Assembly: GCF_018350175.1 (NCBI RefSeq)
Contig: NC_058373.1
Location: 109,370,001 to 109,434,000 of the forward strand
Length of the DNA stretch: 64,000 bases
From: Felis catus
Lineage: Eukaryota
Direction: 5' to 3'
Positions 1-11,154 of the stretch are shown piece after piece. Numbering within the stretch: position 1 is the first letter of the stretch; each line of letters begins with the position of its first letter. Under the pieces are notes generated by a model, which had not been told where the DNA came from, did no database searches, and saw nothing but the letters and a program-made list of their open reading frames with translations. Made by a program: the position numbers and the translations under genes.

Positions 1-1139
1 TGTCGTGTTCAAAAACTCTCACTTTGTTCAGGAATGCTCAACACCCATTCTCCTTTAAACTGTATTCCATATGGAAGGAAACAGAAAGCACTGCCTAATT
101 AGAGGAGAGGTGGCTTCCCAAGGGACAAACACCTAACATAAGGTAGCTGCCCATGGAAACAAAAAATCAAGTGAAAGACTCTATTCTAAATTACAAACAA
201 GCTTATTCCTTCTCAATATTCAGGATAATGCTAGCAACATGTCCTCTTCAGCACACTCGGAGGAAAAAAAAAAAGAATATTCCCTTCCTACCCTGCCTGC
301 ATTCTTTTTTGTGCTAGATTCTACCTATGAAACAGGAAGAGAGCCAGTAGGGCTGCCAAATGAACAGCAGCATTTATCACCACAGTGCCGGATACAGGGT
401 AAATACTCAGTAGATACAAAGTGGACATTTGTTTGCTTCTTCTCTGAAATGTATTTCCCTGGAGCTCCCTCTCTTTTCTCAATTGCACCCAAAATTCCTT
501 TGACAGCCTCCATCTCTCAGTCTCCATCAAATAGTGTAGATAGCCTTAACCCCAATGCACTAATTCCCGGAGAGGAGTCTGCTTGGCTTAGGTCAATCAG
601 CATTGCAGGTGTATGCTATATTCAAACACTGGTGAGCAAGAGGAACCCCCTCCCCACTATTTCCTCCACAAGATATAATTAGGGTAAATCTATCCAGAAG
701 TTCTAATTCCCACCTCTTCTCCTAGATGTTCAATTTTGCAATCAACTTATAGATGATTCACTTTATGGATTCCCAGTAGCAAATAGCCAATCCCAGGATA
801 ACTAACTCTGCAGTATTTGAAGAAGTGCTCACATATCTGACAATTGTCAAGGGTAACAAGTTTTGAAGTACTGTAACTAAAGAAGAGAGTTTCCTACAAA
901 GGTGTGATAATTAAAAAAGAGGATAAAAAATAAAAATGTTCAAAAAAACTAATGGCAAGCAGTGGCTCTTGGAATCTGGGAGTCTTATGCCAACGATCTG
1001 GGAGGGAAGCGACCTGTTTATGTTGTTTTCTGTTTCTGAACCCAAATAGTTCTGGAAATCTTGACTCGGTTACCTGTTGGTGGTAGTGATTTCAGTGACA
1101 AATGTATTCCCTATTTTATCTGTTCCTATTACTGTGTTG

Positions 1140-1550
1140 TGTAATCAATTCCAGTTACTATGATAGCATAAAAATTATTCCCAAATTTCAGAATGACATC
1201 TAGTTTTCTCATGAATCTGAAATCTGAGTAGGACTTGGTGAAGACAGCTCATCTCCACATTACCGGCATTAACTGGGACAACTTGAAGGAGGGGGATTGG
1301 AATCATCTGAAAGCTTGCTCATTCACTTGCCCAATGGTTAGTGTGGGCCAGGGGCTGAGATCTTAGCTGAAGATGTTGGCCAGAACACCTATACAATGGC
1401 CCAGCTTCCCCACCACATGGGTACAGTTTTCCAAGAGCGAGTATCCTCACAGGGAGGGAGAAAGGGAAGGAGAGAGAGAAAGAACACAGTCACTTACTCA
1501 GATTCTTTTAGTGTTCCTTCCAGAAGACAGATTCCAGTTCTTAGCCATAT
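1140..1550 (-). mobile_element. Degraded MaLR LTR (MLT1F/H-like)
   Basis: Remembered MLT1 motifs such as 'ggaatcatctgaaagcttgctcattcac' and 'gttggccagaacacctatac'; boundaries approximate. Confidence 0.55.
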
Positions 1551-1812
1551 CAGAGGCAGTTAGGTGAATATAAAGAAGCAGTAGAAGCTCCTGTGGATGA
1601 AACCAAATGGTCTGTTAATTTATTATAATAACCAACAATATCAGAATGGAGGAGAATGGGACCTTCTACTAAGCTAAAATACATAATCGTTTTTATAAAG
1701 ATTTAGTCACTGATTGTGCTGGGAGAAAGATTATATATTAAGAAAAGTGAAAATTGACAACCCCTTCAGTCTTTAATTTATCTCATAAAACTGTATTATG
1801 ACTCTTGTCTCT

Positions 1813-1916
1813 GATTGACAAGAGTATTAAAACCTAGAAAAAGAGCACCTAGGTGGCTCAGTCGGATTGACAAGAGTATTAAAACCTAGAAAAAGAGCAC
1901 CTAGGTGGCTCAGTCG
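1813..1916 (+). repeat. Perfect 52-bp tandem duplication across a SINE 5' junction
   Basis: 1813-1864 is identical to 1865-1916. Confidence 0.95.
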
Positions 1917-2085
1917 GTTAAGCGTCTGACTTCAGCTCATCTCGTGGTTCGTGAGTTCAAGCCCCGCATCAGGCTCTGTGCTGACAGCTCAGAGCCTGGA
2001 GCCTGCTTTGGATTCCATGTCTCCTTCTCTCTCCCCTTCCCCACTCACACTCTGTCTCTGAAAAATAAATAAACGCTAAAAAAAA
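1895..2085 (+). mobile_element. Can-SINE (SINEC_Fc-like)
   Basis: tRNA-like head 'ggtggctcagtcggttaagcgtctgac', CT tract, AATAAA tail; TSD-like 'aaaacctagaaa' on both sides. Confidence 0.95.
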
Positions 2086-2939
2086 GTTTTAAAAACCTAG
2101 AAACAAAATATTTCTGTAGGTATCGTCACCCTTTGTACATGAACATGATGATGTTTATTTTAGTATGAAAGATATACAATCTATTTATATTAACATAAAT
2201 ACCCTAGGAAAGCTGAAATTCTCTTTGGAGTTGATTCCATTTATCAATCTTTTATCCTACATTTGCTAAACAAAAGAACTCTCAAAACAATTTTTAATTA
2301 ATTAAAACACAGAGCTAAGAAATAATTATTTCTATACACTTTCTTTTATATGGATAAAGGGAAAGGAAATCTTCGAGTTTCCTAGTGGTCTTTCCAGGAA
2401 ACTCAAAGATTATTTAAACATAAAGGCCATCCTAATAATTTTATTATATATTTGAGGGTTGATTTTGAGAAAGGTAAAATCAGACCTGTCAGAAAAGACA
2501 AGAACATATAAGTCATTAACACCCAAAGACAAGAAATAGTTACATGCAATATTTTTAAATAAGTAACCATAACTATTATTATTTTTAACATAAAAAAGTA
2601 ATCCTTTTTTCAAAGTAATTTAAGAGTATTCAAAAAGCACAGAGTAAGAACAACTTATTAATAAAAGAAATCTCTGTTATCTGGGCAGAGAATGACTTTG
2701 CTACATAAAAGAAAGAAAAAAACCATCAAATACTAGTTTTATTCTTTGTGAATTTAATCTATGTGACAATTTGCAATAGAGGATGTGTAGCCTTTGTTTT
2801 GTATAAATACATACAAATTTTCAAAACTTACAACACCTTCCTCATGGCTTTTCAAATCATTAGTTGTAGGCATTACGTATTTGTGACCTCAAATTTATCT
2901 TTTTTTAGCTTTATCAATACCAAAATTCTTTAGGAATAC

Positions 2940-4030
2940 AATGACAAAACTCCATAAGACAATACTAGCAAATGAAATTCAGCAAAACGTAGAAAGGAAA
3001 ATATTTCATGACCAAGTGAAATTTACCCTAGAAATGTAAGTTTGTTTTAAAGTTTCAAAATCAACTGATGTGATTCATTATGCTAAAAGAATAAGGAGGA
3101 AAACCACCTGACCATTTAAATCAATCAGAAAAAGAGCATTTAACATCCATGTGTGTAATAAATGTGTGTAGTTTCTGCAATTAGAAACAGAAAGGAGTCT
3201 TTTTAACTTAATAAAGGGAATCTAAGGTAGCTAACATCATGTGTAATTGTGAAATATTGAATACTTTCTCCCAAGATCAAGAACAAGACAAGGATGTCCA
3301 CTCTCACTACATCTATTCAACATTTTCTGGAGGTCCTAACCAGAGCAAAAAGGCATAAATAGTAAATACAAATCATAAAGTTTGGGAAGAAAGAAGTAAA
3401 GCAGTCTCTATTCACAGATTATATGACAGCTTAGGTAGGAAGTCCTAAAATCCTAAGTAAATTCAGTAAGGTCTCTGGGTTGAAAGTCAATATACAAAAA
3501 TAAGATGAATATACTAGCAGCAACCCATTGGGGAAAAAAATTTTAATATAACTTACAATGGCATCAAAAAAAGAAATTAAAAATGTATTTAACAAAAGAC
3601 ATAGGAGAGGACTATAATGAGAACTTAAAATAATGCTGAGATTAAAGAATACCTAAATAAATGGAGCAATGTATCATATGCAGGTGTTGGAAATAACGTT
3701 AAGATGTCAATTATATCCATTATAGCAATGCAACACAATTTCACTTATAACCCCAGCAAGTGTTTTGTAGAAACTCATGAACTCTTTCTAAAATATATAT
3801 ATGATCAAGCAAATGTCTTTTTCTTGATCATATTAAAACTTCTCATCAAAAGATACTATCAAGTATGTTAACTGGAATTAAAACAAAAACTTTAAAAATA
3901 AGGTATTATTAAGAAAATGAAATAGACAAGCCAGGTACCAGAAAACAATATTTGCAATACATACTTCTGAGAAAGAACTTATATCCAGAACACATAAGAG
4001 CTTTTAAATTCAATAATAATATATCATAAC
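2940..4030 (+). mobile_element. Old L1 (L1M) ORF2 remnant
   Basis: Degenerate ORF2 motifs 'atttcatgaccaagtgaaattt', 'agaacaagacaaggatgtccactctcactacatctattcaacat', 'gtcaatatacaaaaa'; no open frame. Confidence 0.8.
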
Positions 4031-4051
4031 TTTCAAAGTATATAAATCTGA

Positions 4052-4187
4052 GGGGCATCTGGGTGGCTCAGTTGGTTAAGCATCCAACTTCGGCTCAGGT
4101 CATGATCTCTCTGTTTGTGAGTTCGAGCCCTGCGTCGGGCTCTGTGCTGACAGCTCAGAGCCTGGAGCCTGCTTTGGATTCTCTCTG

Positions 4188-4226
<39 letters not shown>

Positions 4227-4256
4227 TCCCCCTCCTCAAGAATAAACATTTAAAAA
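4052..4256 (+). mobile_element. Can-SINE
   Basis: Head 'ggggcatctgggtggctcagttggttaag', (CT)n, AATAAA. Confidence 0.95.
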
Positions 4257-4724
4257 TTTTTTTTAATTTGTTTTAAAAAACACATAACTTTGAGGAGCAT
4301 TCCATAATGTAAAACAGATTTGCCAAGAAGCCATAGCAACCCTAAATGTGTAAATGCACTGCATGAATCTGGATTAGGATGAGGAAAGCATAGCTATGAA
4401 GATCAATACTGGGCAATTGATGAAACTTTAATATGAACATGGACGAACCTTGAAAACGGAAAACATGAAGCTAAGCGATGGAAGCTGGCCGCGAAAGACC
4501 ACCTATCATATTATTCCATTTATATGAACTACCCAAATCCGGAAAATCTGCAGAGCTCAAAGTGGATTAGTGCTCGCTTGGGGCTAAAGAGGACGATTGG
4601 GTAGAGGGTGCAGCTAAAGTATAAGAGGTTTCTTTCTGAGGTGATGAAATCTCCAATCGTGCTGATGTGCACAGACATCTGTGACTACTTGTGCACTCTT
4701 GCTCTGTTCCTTTTTTCCTTATAA

Positions 4725-4900
4725 TTTTGTTGTTGCTGTTGTTGTTTTAGAGAAAGTGTGCATGCAAGTGGGGGAGGGAGACAGAATCTCAAGGAGGCTC
4801 CATGTTCAGCACAGAGTCTGACTCAGGGTTCCATCTTGGGAAGTGTTAGAGCCAAAATCAAGAGTCAGACACTTAACCAGCTAAGCCACCCAAGTATCCC
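4725..4900 (-). mobile_element. Older Can-SINE
   Basis: Reverse-complement head 'aaatcaagagtcagacacttaaccagctaagccacccaag'. Confidence 0.85.
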
Positions 4901-4932
4901 TGCTTTGGTCCTTTTAAAAGGATGGATTGTAT

Positions 4933-4934
<2 letters not shown>

Positions 4935-4971
<37 letters not shown>
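4935..4971. repeat. (TG)n microsatellite
   Basis: Pure TG run. Confidence 0.95.
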
Positions 4972-4974
<3 letters not shown>

Positions 4975-5020
4975 AATTTTATTCTCAATAAAGATGTCAT
5001 TTAAAAAACCAGTGCTCCTT

Positions 5021-5246
5021 GGGGTGCCTGGGTGACTCAGATGTTTAAGTGTCTGACTTTCGATTCGGGCTCAGGTCATGATCTCACATTTCATGAGTTT
5101 GAGCCCCACATAGGGCTCTGTGCTGACAGCATGGAGTCTGCTTGGAATTCTGTCTCCCTCTCCCTCTCTCTCTCTGCCCCTCCCCAACTCGCTCTCTGTC
5201 TCTCTCTCTCTCTTTCAAATATAAATAAACATGAAAAAACAATTTT
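5021..5246 (+). mobile_element. Can-SINE
   Basis: Full head, CT tract and tail; TSD 'aaaa(c/t)cagtgctcctt'. Confidence 0.95.
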
Positions 5247-5309
5247 AAAAATCAGTGCTCCTTTATGTATGCCCTCTTTCTTATACACATCATGTAGGTA
5301 TTCATCATT

Positions 5310-5725
5310 TTCTCAGGTCATGTTCCCTAGGAACAGAGCCAGAGTTTTAGATGCAAGTGCATATAATGTATTGAGGAAGTACTCTTCAGGGAAACACTTA
5401 AGGAAGTGAGGAGTGCAGTTCTGGAAGAGAAAAGAGTCAAGCAAGAATCAAGTCTAGCTCTGGAACCTAAATTGCCCCATACTTTGAATCAAGAAGGCTG
5501 GTCTTACATCCGTAAGACCTTACTTACTCGTATTAGTCGGGTTTTGGCTGCAGCTGCCCCCAACTCTGGAGTTGTAACCTTTTGACAAGCAGGTTCCCGT
5601 TAGCTGAGACCTGTTACCTAGCTGGTGAAAGGGAGCAGCTGTGAGTCATTAGCAGCCAAAATGCAGCAGCTGGGGGGAAGATGCACTAGTCTAGTAAAGG
5701 GAGTCTGGGCAGGGCATCAACCAAA
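5310..5725 (-). mobile_element. Degraded ERVL LTR (LTR16/LTR33-like)
   Basis: Resembles remembered LTR16-family reverse strand ('gttccctaggaacagagccagag...tgtattgaggaagtactcttcaggg'). Confidence 0.4.
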
Positions 5726-6305
5726 TGTACTCAGTACCCCCAAAGGAGTCCTTGTGGAAACTGTCAAATATTGAGCTAAAATAGTTCATTCCAATATTGT
5801 TTGTAACAACAAGAATTACATTTAATTTTCCAACAACTTAGGTGGTACAAGCTTTGTTCCTACAGAAGGATGCTATTAGCCATTAAAGATAGAGAAGACC
5901 ATTTAAAGAAACGGAAATAAATTTGAGAAATACTGTAATGTGAACAGACTACAAAAGTATGAACGGCATAATCCCATTTTTACAAATGTAGCAGTACATA
6001 TCTGTTGCACACTTTCTTATCCCCTTTTGGGAGGGATGTACATAAAATGTAAATATTGGCTATTTCTCATCAGGAGTATAACTATTTTTATTTTCTGTAT
6101 TTTATCCATTTATAAAGAAGTAATTTCAAACATTACACCCCAACGAATTAATTCTCAAATCTGAACTGAAATTGTGTGACCATACTCCAATACTGTGAGG
6201 TTTAAGAGTTACTATTCCAGCAACAAATTTGGTTCTGGGAGAAGTTACCACCCAATGCATTGTCTTCCACTTTATACATTCAAGTGTTTCTTTCTAAAAA
6301 AAAAT

Positions 6306-6669
6306 TTATTCAGGTAAAATTAACATACAGTGTGATATAGTTTCAAGTATACAATATAATGATTCAACACTTCCATACATTTCTCAGTGCTCATCGAGAT
6401 AAGTGCACTCTTAATCCCCTTCACCTACTTCATCCATCGCCTCTCCCACCTCCCCTCTGGGAACCACCAGTTTGCTCTCTGTATTTACAAGTCTGTTTGT
6501 CTCTTTTTCAGTTTGTTTGGTTTCTCAAATTCCACGTATGAGTGAAGCCATATGGTGTTTGTCTTTCTCTGACTTATTTCACTTAGCATGACACCCTCTA
6601 GGTCCATCCATGTGTTACAAATGGCAAGATTTCATTCTTTTGATGGCTGAATAATATTCCATTGTGGAT

Positions 6670-6716
<47 letters not shown>

Positions 6717-6965
6717 ACACACCACATCTTCTCTATCCATTCATCTATCGGTGGACATTTGGGCTGCTTCCACATCTTGGCAATTGCAAATGATGCTGCA
6801 ATAAACATAGGGGTGCATTTACCTTTTTGAACCCCATACTGTTTTCCAGAGTGGGTGCACCAATTTGCATTTCCACCAACAGTGCACTAGGGTTCCTTTC
6901 GCTCCACATCCTTGCCAGCACTTGTTATTTCTTGTATTTTTTATTTGAGCCATTTTAACAGGTGT
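6306..6965 (-). mobile_element. Carnivore L1 3' end fragment containing (TG)n at about 6673-6712
   Basis: 'gacttatttcacttagcatg', 'caaatggcaagatttcattc'; ORF 6819-7016 matches the L1 ORF2 C-terminus ([19 protein letters not shown]). Confidence 0.9.
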
Positions 6966-7710
6966 TACACCTTCAGTTTCGTCATTACACATAAAGCTGG
7001 TCAGATTGGCGGTCACTGACCATCAAGAGATGAAACTACAGATCACATATCCACGTGCTGATTGCCAGTGGAGTGATGATTACATTCCAGCCACCATTCC
7101 ATTCATAACTCACTCACAGCTTTGTATTCCCAAGGCCAGGTACCTGAAAAGACATGTAAATTAACAGAAGGTTGTTTAGTGAGGATACAGATCAGATAGT
7201 CTGGACAAATATTTAACCCAGGCTTTATGGTGAGTCTTGGTGAAGCACAATGGACACCCCAGGGCCTCCCCTACTCACCAATCCTGCTGGGAGTCAGTCC
7301 AGTAGCCCTGGCCACAACTGATAAGACAAAAAATGTGCACCTGACTTGAAATCAGCACCCACATGCTGGTCAGGGACTCTGGGGTGACTTGGACCAAAAA
7401 ATAGAGATAACCCAAGTTGCTGCTCTTAGAAATTTTAATTAGGTGTTATGAAGATAATGAGGTGGCTAGTGAGCAGAAGCTGGAACCAGGCCGTGATATC
7501 TTGTCAGGACCATGGTAGGTCACAGAACGCAAATGTTATAAGGCAAAAATCCCATAGAGAGGAGCAAGACACTATAAGCAAAGAGACCATGGCAGCTGAT
7601 AAGGAGGCAGAGTCTCCCCAAGTCTCAGTTCTTGGCTGCTTTCTTTTATCAGCTCAGAGGCATCTACCTTCATGATAAACTGGAGCGAACAAGATCTTGA
7701 CTGAACTTCA

Positions 7711-7931
7711 GGGTCGCCTGGCTGGCTCTGTCAGCTAAGCGTCTGACTTCAGCTCGGGTCACAGTCTCCTGGTTTGTGGGTTCAAGCCCCACGTCGGGCT
7801 CTGTGCTCACAGCTCAGAGCCTGAAGCCTGCTTCAGATTCTGTGTCTCCCTCTCTCTCTGCCCCTCCCCCACTCACACTCTGTCTCTCTCGTCTCAAAAA
7901 GAAATAAACATTAAAAAAAAAATTTTTTTTA
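7711..7931 (+). mobile_element. Can-SINE
   Basis: Full structure; TSD 'aagatctt(g/a)actgaacttca'. Confidence 0.95.
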
Positions 7932-8640
7932 AAGATCTTAACTGAACTTCAATTTCCTGTATCAAAAGCACTTCACTTCACATGCACTACCCCCAATTCA
8001 CCACCCAGTAACCGGAAACCTACCATATTCAGTATCTCTTAAGAACCAATGTGGATAAATTCTCCCAAGGGAAAAGGCTAGAAAATTCTTTCTTCAGTGT
8101 GTTTCTTTGAATAATAATGGTCTCCCCACTCTGGACTGTAAGCTTCCTGAGGATAGGAGACTCATCTGGGTTTGCACACCCAGTTTGCATATCTGCTCCT
8201 AGGAAATATATTTTGAATAGAAGAATCAACAAATCACTTTAAAATGTCTTAATTTACTTAATTTGCACAGCAGCTATGTGAGATATTTCTCTCCTAACCA
8301 TGGCTTATTGCAATGCAATTGTCTATTGGTTCATGTAATATTATACAACTTTAACAGTTTCAGCTGAACCATTAAAATCAAGAGCAAGAATAATAGCTAA
8401 CTTTTAGTATCTCAATTAGTCCCTAAAGTCATAGAAAGAGAACAAAAAAAATCCCTTGTTTATCTACAATGTGCTAAGCTCTTTTTGTTATTCTAATTTA
8501 ATATTCCCATCAACCAGATGAAATAATACTACACTCTCATTTTACAGGAAAAAACCCTAAGGCACAGAGAAGTTACATAACTAGAAAGGAATGAAGCCAG
8601 GATTCAAACATAGGTCAAATTTAAAAATCAGTGCTTTCAT

Positions 8641-8860
8641 GGGGCGCCTGGGTGGCTCAGTCAGTTGAGTGTCCCACTTCAGCTCAGGTCTTGATCTCAC
8701 AGCTCGTGTGTTCGAGCCCCGCGTCAGGCTCTGTGCTGACAGCTGAGAGCCTGAAGCCTGCTTCTGATTCTGTGTCTCCCTCTCTTTCTGCCCCTACCCT
8801 CCTCGTGCTCTCTGTCTCAAAAATAAACGAACGTTAAGAAAAATTAAAAGATTTAAAAAT
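8641..8860 (+). mobile_element. Can-SINE
   Basis: 'ggggcgcctgggtggctcagtcagttgag', CT tract, A tail. Confidence 0.95.
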
Positions 8861-10084
8861 AAAACTCAGTTCTTTCCACTTATCCTCTGCTGTTTACAAG
8901 GATCTTAGACACCATCCAATTCACCCTTTGGTTTTACGTGTGGGAAAAACAATAAAAGTTAAAACAGAAACTCTGATTCCTGACTCTTTGAGAGTTGTGA
9001 GGACACAGATACCATTGTTCTCTGATGAAGATATATAAGCCCAAAAGAAACTGAGACCAGGAGAATTCCTTATTGGAGTCATTGCAAGTATTGAGGTCTT
9101 AACCCAGATATTAGTAGCACTGATTCCATTTTACTATTATAGTTGTTACATTGACCACAGAAGAAAAATAACTTAAATCTCATTATCGACTTTACACATA
9201 GAAGGACAGATGGATGGATGGATCAATCGATTAACTGATCAGTGAATAAATGATGGATCAATGGATCTATGGATTGATGCATCTCCCTCTTTGCCTAGCT
9301 ATACACATATACAATTTCCCCTGCATAAAAGAAGTTACTACACTTTATGTGACCACTTCCTCCACATTCTAGCAAAAGTAGAAGTATTTATAGAGCCACA
9401 TATTATCCGGGTTATTTTATCTATATTCCATCTTACTAACTTAGAGCCACAAGAAAAGCTTCCATTTCCCAAGTCTCAGTTCATCTGAGGAATTAAAATC
9501 CTCTTCTGGGTAAAATCTGAGTCAGCATGAAAAGACCCAGTCCTGTCATTGTTCAGCATTCATGATTCTTATTCCTTCCAAGAGAAAGGAAGGGTGGACC
9601 CTTGCCAATATCGGTCCCCGGGTGCTGCTTGCTAAAGCTGTCTATAACTAGACCACTGGCTTCATCTCATGCTGATTACACGATTATATGTTTAGGTCAC
9701 ATGGGGATTTAAAGTCATACCAGCAGGACAGCACTGAATTTCATGGTAACTTAGAGTTTTTCAAATTCATTTTGCATTTGTTAGCAATGATACCCTTGCA
9801 CTAGATGTTAGTAGAGGGAAAAGCCCCAGGGCGAGATCTTTGCTCCCAAAGTCATGTGATGGGATCATATCCATGTTGACTAAGCAGTATAGACAAATGG
9901 TAGACTATGTCCATGTTTGGGTTCTACAGCTGTGGTCACTAGACGCACTGGGATTCTGAGATACCTCAAATCTTTACTTGCTAGCTGGCAGGCTATAATT
10001 AAACATACAAACATACATATTAGATTTATGGACTCTGAAGTAATTTACTATAACTTGATGATTTCTTTAAAACATTCTTACCAC

Positions 10085-10335
10085 TCCCTGGTATAGAGAA
10101 AAATCACAAACTTCAGAGTCAAATATCTAAATACAAATCCAAGTTCTGCCATATACTATTTTGTTTATTACTCTTCTGGGACAAGTTGCTAAGCCTCCCT
10201 TTTCTGTGTGTTTTTCACTTGTATAAAAAAGACAATAATGCATTTCCTCATAATATTTCTTTACAGATTAAATTAGATAATGTAGGTAATGCACCTAGCA
10301 CAGTACCTAGCACCTAGTACTCAATAAATGTTAGG
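10085..10335 (+). mobile_element. MIR SINE remnant
   Basis: 'aaatccaagttctgcc', 'ggacaagttgctaagcctc', 'gcacctagcacagtacctagcac...tcaataaatgttag'. Confidence 0.75.
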
Positions 10336-10958
10336 CTCTCTTGTCTAAGAAGACTGGAAGGAAATATTAAGTTTACAAAGGTGTGGTTTCACAAAGGTAA
10401 GTGGGCCACCAACTTGCATTTGAAATGATCCTGAAGAATCTGTGGAGGCAAAAACATGTAACAAGAGCCTGGAAAATCGTATGTAATTCTAGGGATTCAG
10501 AATAAGATTACCTACAATTGAACTAATTCCTGGCTCTCTTCACATGAAAATGAATTGTAAGTGTCTGTTTGAGGTGTATCTTTTCTAGGAAATTATCTCT
10601 TTGAGATATTTTGCTTTCAGGAATAGACTTTAAACATTCATATTTCACCAACTTGAAACTTGAAGTTTAATTCAAATGGGAAGACATGGAATTTATCTGT
10701 AAACACTTTCTACAGGTAGGTCGAAGAGAGAAGCTGTTGTATAAAGTTGCAATACTGAAGAAAGAAAACTATGGAAGGGTATGAAGGTACCATGAAATAT
10801 CTCATTTTCCAGTTAATTATGACTTTCTTTAGAGGTTCATATAACTATTAGGCCAGGCAGTATGTCTAGGATATTGTGAATCTTGCAGCACTCAGGTATA
10901 GAGTGACTTACACCATGTCAGAAAGATGGGTCCTATATCATTTTAAAAGAGCATTGTT

Positions 10959-11154
10959 GGGGTGCCTGGGTGGCTCAAATTGGTTAAGTGTCTGCTTCTT
11001 GACTCTGGCTCAGGTCATGATCTCAAGGTTCATGAGACCAAGTCGGGTGTTGGGCTCCACACTCACAGCAATCCCTCCTTGGGATTCTCTCTCCCTCCCT
11101 CTGCCCTCCCCCACTCACCATCTGTCTCTCTCCCTCAAAATAAATAAACAAACC
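10959..11154 (+). mobile_element. Can-SINE
   Basis: Perfect TSD 'ttaaaagagcattgtt' at 10943-10958 and 11155-11170. Confidence 0.95.

Larger units (their letters stand above)
4437..5000 (+). mobile_element. L1MB-like 3' end, interrupted by a SINE and (TG)n
   Basis: 'acatggacgaaccttgaaaac', 'ttccatttatatgaac', 'tatgaattttattctcaataaag'. Confidence 0.65.

Noticed and set aside
239..682. 147-aa ORF
   Set aside because: No recognisable domain, crosses an A-homopolymer, and has no splice or promoter context; compatible with a chance ORF.
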